NCBI GenBank assembly: GCA_963766895.1
Contig: CAVYCB010000011.1
Span: forward strand, 24,333-88,332
Direction of reading: 5' to 3'
Source: an uncultured Acidobacteriota bacterium
GTDB lineage: Bacteria > Acidobacteriota > Blastocatellia > Pyrinomonadales > Pyrinomonadaceae
DNA: 64,000 bases
Shown here in pieces: positions 39,379 to 49,113 of the stretch. Within the stretch, counting starts at the first letter, position 1. Every line of letters begins with the position of its first letter. The position numbers and the translations under genes are program-made. The notes beneath the pieces were generated by a model, which saw only the letters and a program-made list of their open reading frames with translations, ran no database searches and had not been told where the DNA came from.

Positions 39379-40092
39379 TCAAATTTCAGCCTTCTCTATC
39401 TCTTCCGTAACTTCCTGCGGGGCTTTTTTACGCGCCGAACGGTGTTTCATATATTCGATCAGCGGCGGCAGCAGCGACAGCAAAACGACGACGATCACGA
39501 CCTTTTCAATATGGTCTTCCAGCTTGATCCCAAAGCCTGTTTCGATCAGCCCGCCGACAAAATATCCCAGCAGCGTCATGCTGAAAATCCACAGGAAACT
39601 GCCCAGTAAACTAAACGAAATAAAGGTCTTATATGGCAACTCCGCGGCCCCGATGACGATCGGCGCAAAGGTGCGGACGATCGGCACAAAGCGCGCCAGG
39701 ATGATCGTTTTCGGCCCGTGCTTTTCAAAGAATTTTTTCGCTTTTTCCACCCGGCTGGGCTTAAAAACCCAGGAATTTTCCCGGCTAAAAAGCCTCTTGC
39801 CCATGAACTTGCCGGTGAAATATCCGGTGCTGTCGCCGATCACCGAAGCGGCAAAAAGACTCATCAGCAGGATCGCGATGTTCAGCTTTCCCGCCGCGGC
39901 AAACAGCCCCGCCACCACCAGCAGCGAATCACCGGGAAAGAAAAACCCGACCGCCAGGCCCGTTTCGGCAAAGATGATAAAAAACAATCCGACATAGACG
40001 AACGGTCCGAGCTTGTCGAGCAGCATCTCAATGATAAATTTCGGATTGAGATAATCTTTTATTTGATAAAGAAATTCGAGCAAAGATTGCAT
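39379..40092 (-). CDS. DedA-family (VTT-domain) membrane protein
   Basis: FAETGLAVGFFFPGDSLLVVAG and GKRLFSRE...KAKKFFEKHGPKTIILARFVPIVRTFAP motifs. Confidence 0.85.
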   Translation of the reverse strand: MQSLLEFLYQIKDYLNPKFIIEMLLDKLGPFVYVGLFFIIFAETGLAVGFFFPGDSLLVVAGLFAAAGKLNIAILLMSLFAASVIGDSTGYFTGKFMGKRLFSRENSWVFKPSRVEKAKKFFEKHGPKTIILARFVPIVRTFAPIVIGAAELPYKTFISFSLLGSFLWIFSMTLLGYFVGGLIETGFGIKLEDHIEKVVIVVVLLSLLPPLIEYMKHRSARKKAPQEVTEEIEKAEI

Positions 40093-40170
40093 ATATAAAA
40101 TGCCTGGCGGTAATTCATCAAGCCGCTCTATGGTATCAAAATCCGCGAAACTTGTCAGAGCGAGCTTCTA

Positions 40171-40330
40171 AACTCCCCTCCTTACGAAGGAGGGGTGGCG
40201 AGTCTGCGAGCCGGGGTGGTTCTTTCTTAAATTCTAGTTAATTATATTTCCCCGAAGAGAACCACCCCGCCCTTCGGGCACCCCTCCTTCGTAAGGAGGG
40301 GAGTTTTTTTCTTGTGTTTCCGTGGTCTCA
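40171..40330. repeat. complete palindromic copy of the CTCCCCTCCTTACGAAGGAGGGG element with a flanking ttcgtg-type half-site
   Basis: Left arm 40171..40228, inverted right arm 40255..40304, then cttgtgtttccgtggtc. Confidence 0.85.
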
Positions 40331-40368
40331 GTTTTTATCTGGCCACTGCCACCGAACGCTGCCCACTG

Positions 40369-41034
40369 CTACTTATCCCACCCGTGCGCGCCGATCAGCG
40401 GCACAAAGCTGCATGCGCCGAAATCTTCGGCGATAAATTCTTTCTCGGTCCTGGTGTAGCGCACCAGCCTTTGCGACTCGGCATTTTTCCCGATGGGTAT
40501 CACCAGCTTCCCGCCGGTCTTTAGCTGGTTCAGGAGCGGTTGGGGCGCTTCCGGTCCGCCGGCCGCGACCAGCACCGCGTCATAAGGCGAGTAAAGTTCC
40601 CATCCCAAAGTGCCGTCGCCGATCTTGATCGAAACATTACTTGCACCCAATTGCCGCAGCCGCGATTCGGCCTCCGCGCCGAGTTCCGGAACTCTTTCGA
40701 CCGCATAGACCACGCGGGCCAATCGCGAAAGGATCGCCGTTTGATAACCCGAACCGGCGCCGATCTCCAAAATCTTATCGCCGGGTTTTAGTTCTAATAG
40801 CTCGGTCATCTTGGCGACGATATAAGGCTGTGAAATTGTCTGGCTGGCGGAAATAGGCAGCGCATGATCGCCGTAGGCTTTGGCCTGCAGCGCGGTGGGC
40901 ACAAAAAAATGGCGCGGAACGGAAAACATCGCGCCTAAAACTTTTTCATCGCGAATATGATAGTGATCGCGCAGGCGCGCAATCATCTGCTCGCGCTGAA
41001 ATGCATACCCGTCTGTCATCTGCGCACCATTCAT
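40369..41034 (-). CDS. pcm: protein-L-isoaspartate O-methyltransferase
   Basis: ISQPYIVAKMTELL and the SAM-binding ILEIGAGSGYQTAIL motif. Its ATGA overlaps the surE stop. Confidence 0.9.
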   Translation of the reverse strand: MNGAQMTDGYAFQREQMIARLRDHYHIRDEKVLGAMFSVPRHFFVPTALQAKAYGDHALPISASQTISQPYIVAKMTELLELKPGDKILEIGAGSGYQTAILSRLARVVYAVERVPELGAEAESRLRQLGASNVSIKIGDGTLGWELYSPYDAVLVAAGGPEAPQPLLNQLKTGGKLVIPIGKNAESQRLVRYTRTEKEFIAEDFGACSFVPLIGAHGWDK

Positions 41035-41793
41035 AAGACTACGTCGTTCCAGTTTTTCAGATCGTCAATGGCCTGGTGGTTTGTCATATCCGCCCTGATC
41101 GGCGTAACGGAAACATATCCGTGGCCTATCGCCTCAAAATCCGAATTCTCGCCCGAGTGAAACCCGAGGCGTTCTTCGCCGATCCAATAATACGGAATGC
41201 CGCGCGGGTCGACGTGCTCCGAGATGACGGGCTTCGCGTTTTTGAGTCCCTGCCTGGTTATCTTGATGCCGTTGAGTTCGCGCTTGGGAATGTTGACGTT
41301 GAGCAGCGTGGAGTCAGGCAATCCTTCTTCCAACACTTTTTTTATCAGCAGCGTGGCTACCGCCGCGGCTCGCGGAAAATCGTCATTCTCTCTTCCCAGT
41401 AAAACTAAAAGCCAGCGCGGGCACGCCCAGGATCGTCGCTTCCAGAGCGCCGGCGACCGTGCCGGAATAGGTGACGTCCTCGCCCAGGTTCGGGCCGTGA
41501 TTAATGCCCGAGGCGCAAATGTGCGGTCGCTCCTCTTCAGGAATAATTTTATTCAGCGCCAGCGTGACGCAATCCGTCGGGGTGCCGTCAACGGTCCAGT
41601 GCCGTTCGTCTATTTGTCTGATCCTTAGTGGCCGGGATAGTGTAAGGCTGTGTGAAGCGCCGCTCATTTCGGAAGCCGGGGCGACAACATATACGTCGCC
41701 GACTTCTCTCAAAGCATTTTCCAGTGTGACGAGTCCTTCTGCGTGAATACCGTCGTCATTAGTCAATAAAATTCGAACTTTATCAGAAGTCAT
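41031..41793 (-). pseudogene. surE: 5'/3'-nucleotidase SurE, one frameshift as sequenced
   Basis: The N-terminal piece [20 protein letters not shown]...[21 protein letters not shown] and the C-terminal ORF 41031..41336 join via [23 protein letters not shown] after a shift in an (ag)n run at about 41395. The ATG at 41793 is preferred because the longer ORF start lies inside a repeat. Confidence 0.85.
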
Positions 41794-41798
41794 AAACA

Positions 41799-41895
41799 AA
41801 ACTCCCCTCCTTACAAAAGAGGGGTGACTGCCTTTTAGCACCCTCCTTTTCAAGAGGGGTGGCATCGCCGCAGGCGATGACGGGGTGGTTACTCA
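41799..41895. repeat. CTCCCCTCCTTAC-type repeat, degenerate double copy
   Basis: aaactcccctccttacaaaagaggggtgac...caccctccttttcaagaggggtggcatcgccgcaggcgatgacggggtggtt. Confidence 0.75.
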
Positions 41896-41956
41896 AAAAT
41901 CAAAAAAGGCGAAAGAAAGTCGAACCCACACCGGCCGGCCTTTATCCTTTCGCCTT
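41895..41956 (-). terminator. candidate terminator downstream of rpsU
   Basis: On the minus strand, the stem aaggcgaaag/ctttcgcctt (with a large loop) is followed by ttttttgattttt. Confidence 0.45.
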
Positions 41957-41968
41957 TAAAATTTATCT

Positions 41969-42259
41969 TTAGCGTCCGCCCTGGTTTCCGCCGCCGCCGC
42001 TATTGTAGCCGCCGCCACCGCCGCCCGGTCCCGAAGGACGTCCGGGGCCGCTGTTGTTGCCGCCCATCATACGCGGACGATTGCGTTTCTTGTTGCGCTT
42101 GCGGGCCATCGCCGATTTCAGCTTGGCTTTCTGTCCCGGCGGAATAAAATGCGCGTGTTTCTTGAGGTCTTTAATAATCTCTTCGGTCATCACCTTGCGC
42201 TTGAAACGGCGCAAAGCGTTCTCGATCGATTCTCCCGAATGCAAATTAACTAATGCCAT
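41969..42259 (-). CDS. rpsU: 30S ribosomal protein S21 with a Gly-rich C-terminal extension
   Basis: ENALRRFKRKV...KKHAHFIPPGQKAKLKSAMARKR is the S21 core. About 30 extra residues are rich in G/N/P (GPGGGGGGYNSGGGGNQGGR). Confidence 0.85.
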   Translation of the reverse strand: MALVNLHSGESIENALRRFKRKVMTEEIIKDLKKHAHFIPPGQKAKLKSAMARKRNKKRNRPRMMGGNNSGPGRPSGPGGGGGGYNSGGGGNQGGR

Positions 42260-42384
42260 CTAATCTCTTCCTGTCCTTATATATAAGCTTTCGACCGTTT
42301 GGCGAAACTAATATTAAACACTTTTTTGCCCCGAATGGCAAGTTTTGAGGGCAAAAGGCGCCAAATTCATTCGGCTTTTTGGAC

Positions 42385-42405
42385 GGAGCGCCGGATTTAT
42401 CCGGC
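42385..42405. repeat. GGAGCGCCGGAT-type small hairpin repeat, copy 3
   Basis: ggagcgccggatttatccggc. Confidence 0.55.
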
Positions 42406-42470
42406 ATTTTAGAGATTTGTAAAGAGGGCGGCCCTGTGCAGCCGCCCTTTTCGTACGTTCCTCTCCCAGT

Positions 42471-42854
42471 TTAATTGTGTTCGCCGGCAGATGTTAAAAA
42501 GACAGTATTAAACCACATACCGCTGCCAAATACCGGCTTGTCGAATGCGGCATTTTCATAAACCTTGACCTGTATCCAATCCCCCTTGATCGCGTCCACC
42601 AAAAAGAATACAAATTGCGGGCTCTGGCTCGAAGTCACCATATATTTATGGCCGACCTGAAAGGGACTGGAGTTTTGCACCGGGGGCGCTGCAACTAAAA
42701 CCGGAGCCGTTCTGGAAGTGATTACCCGGTCAGCAGCCGCGGCGGGCGCAGCTGCTTTGACCGCGCTTTCCTTCTCTGTTTGCGCACCGGCGCCGGTGAC
42801 CAACATCATCAACGCAAAGACGAACATTAAGCCGATAGTTTTGTAGTGTTTCAT
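42471..42854 (-). CDS. hypothetical secreted protein
   Basis: Has a signal peptide (MKHYKTIGLMFVFALMMLVTGAGAQ). No family recognised. Confidence 0.5.
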   Translation of the reverse strand: MKHYKTIGLMFVFALMMLVTGAGAQTEKESAVKAAAPAAAADRVITSRTAPVLVAAPPVQNSSPFQVGHKYMVTSSQSPQFVFFLVDAIKGDWIQVKVYENAAFDKPVFGSGMWFNTVFLTSAGEHN

Positions 42855-43013
42855 TATTAGATCTTTCTCCTTAATTTTTTATAAAATGTGGAAGTTGGAG
42901 AACAGGGAGTTTCCTGACTTCTTAAGCTGGATCTGACGCAGGGAGATTTCGCTATACACTTGTAGACGGGCCAAGGGCATTTATTTGCGCAGGCCAACAG
43001 GCTTCCCTCCTTT

Positions 43014-43074
43014 TGTTTTGTTTCGTTTCACCAGGGGGTGAAACAAATGAAACACTTGAAACAAAATGAAACAC
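43014..43074. repeat. TGAAAC(A) array (four direct plus two inverted copies)
   Basis: gttttgtttcgtttcacc-aggg-ggtgaaacaaatgaaacacttgaaacaaaatgaaacac, lying 33 nt beyond the 3' end of the ATPase gene. Confidence 0.7.
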
Positions 43075-43106
43075 AAATCTTTCTAAAGTAACGGCAGTTT
43101 TAAAAA

Positions 43107-44210
43107 TTACACGATCTCCTCTTGCAGTCGGAGAAGATCTTCCTCTTGCAGAATATTTTCATCGTTCGGCGCCGTGGCCTTCAGATAGCGATTGACGGTA
43201 GAAGGAGAAACGTCGAGGACCATGGCCACGCGGCGCTGGCTCGCGCCCGTTGCGTAAAGTTTCTTGGCGGCGATTATCTTATTGCCGCGCTCGCCGTCAA
43301 CGGATTCACGATGCCACATTAGGTGATCACGCTCGTTTCCATGCCCGGCAAACTCGAAATGCAGAAACCCTCCTGTTTTTTCTATCCGGTAAAGAACGAC
43401 ATTAGACACGCCATAACGGATATCGGCGCTGCGCGGTTTTAAATGCTTTAAATAGCGCATGTCCTTAGCTTGGTTGCTGGCGCCAAGGACAAATACATTG
43501 TCGGCAAAATTGCCGAGCATCTTCGAACCTTGCAGGTCATTAAGCGAGATGGGCGACGTAAAGGGAAGCTTGAGCGTGTGAGCCAGCACCAGTATCGAGA
43601 GCGCGTAATATTCCTTCAGGTGTTTAAGCACTTTCATCAGCTGCGCTGCCGCCGAGGCATTCTCGTTCGCGCCCTTAAAAAAAGTAATATTGTCGACGAT
43701 CACGACCCGCGCGCCCGTCTCCCTTACCAGCTCGATGAACGAATGCTGGACAAACTCCGCCATAGTTTCAAAACCCGGCGGAAGATCGCTGTGCGGAGCC
43801 ATCTGCGCGCGCAGCAAATTGTCGGAAAAACAGTAATGGCTGCGTGTACCGTATTCATCCGCCTCGGAATAGCGCATTTCAAACTGTTTTCCACTCAGTT
43901 CGAAATCGAAGTAGAGCACCTTTTGCGCAGGGGGCGCGGCTTCGAATGGCGCGAGCAGATTTCCGCGCGCGATGGCTTCGGCGATCTGCATCGCTAAAGT
44001 ACTTTTGCCGCGATTAGTGTCGGAGAAAAGGATCGAAAGCTCGCCTTCCAGCCAAAAGTCACCAAAGAGCGCTTTAGGCTCGGGCCGCTTTTTCGAGTCT
44101 TCCATCCACTCATTCGCGGATCTGATGTTGAAAAGATTGTCCCAGCTTTGTATTTCGTGCTCGGGAAATTCGTTGAGTTGGTCTTCGGGAGAAGAAATAG
44201 TTTTGTCCAC
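43107..44210 (-). CDS. RecA-fold AAA ATPase (AAA_25 / RepA-like) with a C-terminal helix-turn-helix
   Basis: Walker A-like FSDTNRGKST, Walker B ARVVIVDNITFF, LVLAHTLK, and a C-terminal GASQRRVAMVLDVSPSTVNRYLK HTH. Confidence 0.7.
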   Translation of the reverse strand: MDKTISSPEDQLNEFPEHEIQSWDNLFNIRSANEWMEDSKKRPEPKALFGDFWLEGELSILFSDTNRGKSTLAMQIAEAIARGNLLAPFEAAPPAQKVLYFDFELSGKQFEMRYSEADEYGTRSHYCFSDNLLRAQMAPHSDLPPGFETMAEFVQHSFIELVRETGARVVIVDNITFFKGANENASAAAQLMKVLKHLKEYYALSILVLAHTLKLPFTSPISLNDLQGSKMLGNFADNVFVLGASNQAKDMRYLKHLKPRSADIRYGVSNVVLYRIEKTGGFLHFEFAGHGNERDHLMWHRESVDGERGNKIIAAKKLYATGASQRRVAMVLDVSPSTVNRYLKATAPNDENILQEEDLLRLQEEIV

Positions 44211-44280
44211 ATTAATTTATTAACGTAATTGACGCGGAAATAGAAGAAGCGATTTTAAGGAATAGAGCGATTTTGGCAAT

Positions 44281-44470
44281 GAGGTCAGTACCGGGAACGC
44301 AGTGACCGGCTCCGAGCGTAGCGAGTTGCGTCTTTCAAACAACGGAGCGTGATAGTGATGAGGTCAGAACCGGGAGCGTTAGCGACCGGGTTTCTTTTAC
44401 TTTGCTAAAGAGAGAAACCACCCCGTCATCGCCTCCGGCGACGCCACCCCTCCTTGGTAAGGAGGGGAGC
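44281..44470. repeat. cluster of three repeat fragments (two GTCAGTACCGGGA-type, one inverted CTCCCCTCCTTAC-type)
   Basis: gaggtcagtaccgggaacgcagtgaccggc (44281..), gaggtcagaaccgggagcgttagcgaccggg (44358..), and aaccaccccgtcatcgcctccggcgacgccacccctccttggtaaggaggggagc (44416..44470). Confidence 0.75.
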
Positions 44471-44477
44471 TTACAAG

Positions 44478-44514
44478 AAAAAAGCCTTGCAGGTTTCCCC
44501 ACAAGGCTTTTATC
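44478..44514 (-). terminator. rho-independent terminator of the radical SAM gene
   Basis: The minus strand reads aagccttgtggggaaacctgcaaggctt followed by ttttttctt. Confidence 0.65.
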
Positions 44515-44559
44515 AAACCACTCAGAGAGTGGTGTCGACCAGACGTCGTTAAAGAGCAA

Positions 44560-46598
<2,039 letters not shown>

Positions 46599-47233
46599 AT
46601 TTCTCCTCAATTTTCAAGAGATACGGGTATTCTCACAAACTCATACTCCTTAGTTATCCGCACTCAAAAATAAAATTTTGTTTATGATAGCTGATATCGG
46701 CGGCCAAACTACGGCAAATGAGTCTTTACCTTATATATACATATAGCAAACGGCGTGCCCAGACTGAAAAATAAGTTAAACCCTTTATGCGTAGTGTTTA
46801 TGTGTCTGAGCATACATTTCAGAGAAGTGTCAAAAAGGGTCACACCAGGGTTTAAGTTGTGCCTTGAGACATTTTGACCCATCTTTCGCACACTATAATT
46901 TTCCTTAAACACGGGTTTAAATAATTAAAATTCGGCTTGCCGGGCAAAAATCCTCTTGATACAATCTCTCTCAACACCAGTAAGCCCAAAGTGATTTTTT
47001 GATAATTTTATCGAGAATTTTTACCTTAAGCACTAAAAAAAGTGTCAATTCAAGTGTTTTTTTAGATTTTTAGTGTTAATTATTGCAAATGAGGCAATTT
47101 TCTCTTGATTTACTCTTTACAGATGTGCTTAAGGTGTGATAAATTCTCCTCACTTTTCAAAAGCAGTTCCCATGAAAAGTGCTGGCAATTAGATTAAAAG
47201 TTTAGTTTTCAGTTTTTGCTACCCCGCTTTGAT

Positions 47234-48626
47234 ATGGCAATTCGCTTCGGCACTTCCGGTTGGAGAGCGGTAATCGCTAACGAATTCACATTCTCCAATG
47301 TCGAATTAGTAACAAATGCGATCTGCCGGCATTTAGTAATAGAACACGGTGGTTCGGATCAGGCTCCTGATCATAGGAAATGATACGAGATTTATGGGCG
47401 AGCAATTTGCCCGGGTAAGCGCAGAAATTGCTTCGAAGTGCGGTTTTACCGTTTTGCTCTGTGACAATCCGACGCCGACACCCGCTATGTCTTTTGCTAT
47501 CGCCAAGGAAAAAGCGGCGGGCGCGCTGAATTTTACGGCTTCGCACAATCCGCCGGAGTACCAGGGAATAAAATTCTCTACCGCGGACGGCGCACCGGCG
47601 CTGCCGGAAGTCACCAAAAAGATCGAGCAGTTGATAATTGAAAAAACAGTAGGCGAAGAAAAGCCCGGCGGCAGCATAAACAGCTACGATCCAAAGCCGG
47701 CTTATCTGGAAGATCTGAAAAGCAAAGTGCGATTCGATCTGATCGCCGGAACAAAAGCGAAATTTGCCTACGACCCCTTATGGGGAACAGGCCGCGGATA
47801 TTTGAACACGATCTTGCAGGAATTCGGTTTAGATGTTGAGACCGTTCACGATTGGCGCGATGTCACATTCGGAGGACGCTCACCTGAACCGGGTGAAGAT
47901 CATCTGGACGAGCTGCGTGCGGCAATGGCCCGCAACGGCTGCCTGCTCGGGCTGGCGACGGACGGCGATGCCGACAGGTTCGGAGTTATCGACCAGGGAG
48001 GTGAATTCATCACCCCGAATCAACTGGTCGCGCTGCTTTCGGATTACCTGGCTGAATCGCGTGGTTGGACGCAGGGGCTGGCACGCTCGGTAGCCACTTC
48101 GCATTTGATCGACAGGGTTGCCAAAGAGCGCGGATTGCAGCTGCACGAAACGCCGGTCGGTTTTAAGTTCATCGGCGAATTGATAAACAGAGACGAGATC
48201 ATTCTGGGCGGAGAAGAATCCGCCGGCCTTTCGATAAAAGGCCACTACCCTGAGAAAGACGGCATCATCGCCTGTCTTTTGGCCGCCGAAGCGGTGGCAG
48301 TGCGGGGAAAAAGTTTGACAATGCAACTTAACGAACTCTACCAGCGTGTAGGTAAGCTGGAGTCGGGCCGCATCGGAGTTAAGTTGACGCCGGAAATACA
48401 AAAAATATTACCGGATAAGTTAGCGCAGGAGCCGGACACGATCGGCGAACGCAAAATTGAAAACATAAATCGAATGGACGGGGTGAAATTTATTTTCACC
48501 GATGGAAGCTGGCTGCTGATGCGGCCCTCGGGAACAGAACCGATGGTACGCATTTACGCCGAAGCCGATACTAAAACCGATTTGGAGGTGCTGCTTGAGC
48601 AAGGTCGTAAATACTTACTGGGATAA
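47234..48626 (+). pseudogene. phosphoglucomutase/phosphomannomutase family protein, one frameshift as sequenced
   Basis: MAIRFGTSGWRAVIANEFTF... (start 47234) shifts at about 47345 into ORF 47349..48626, which carries the TASHNPPEYQGIKF active-site loop and GLATDGDADRFG. Confidence 0.85.
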
Positions 48627-48960
48627 CGGGCGAACGGTGTCAGGATCCGGTTCGCAGAGACAAGCGCGTTCGGCGCGCCGGCCCGGAAGATTAATGCCGC
48701 GGTGGTTTGTCGTGGGCATTTCGATCATGCTCAGTTCACTGATCGTTATCACGCTCAATTTTCGCGCGTGGACAAACGCCCAGCATGAGTACCAGTTGAA
48801 TCAGCAGCTAAACACCGAGATCGAGCAATTGACAACTCAAAACAGTTCTATGCAGGAGGAAATAAAACGCCTGCAGACGGACCCGAAAACCATCGAGCGT
48901 GAAGCGCGCAAGCTGGGAATGGGCCGTCCTAATGACCAAGTTTTTGTGCCGACGCAGTAA
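48595..48960 (+). CDS. septum formation initiator (FtsB/DivIC-like)
   Basis: A single TM helix followed by a coiled coil, then DPKTIEREARKLGMGRPNDQVF. The true start may be the internal Met at 48694. Confidence 0.65.
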   Translation: MSKVVNTYWDNGRTVSGSGSQRQARSARRPGRLMPRWFVVGISIMLSSLIVITLNFRAWTNAQHEYQLNQQLNTEIEQLTTQNSSMQEEIKRLQTDPKTIEREARKLGMGRPNDQVFVPTQ

Positions 48961-49113
48961 AACCAGCGGAGGGCTTTATTGTGCCGGCACTTAAGTAGTA
49001 CCTGCCTACTTAGATCCGCCAAAAATCATCGCTCCGCTTAACCTTCCGGCTTCCTTCCGAACTTTCGCGGCTCAGCTAACAAGCTGGGCCGTTTCCTCTT
49101 TAAAGGACGCCGC

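Noticed and set aside
41794-41865. Upstream extension of surE (ORF start at 41865)
   Set aside because: The extra 24 codons translate a CTCCCCTCCTTAC-type repeat ([24 protein letters not shown]). The conserved SurE N-terminus begins at the ATG at 41793.
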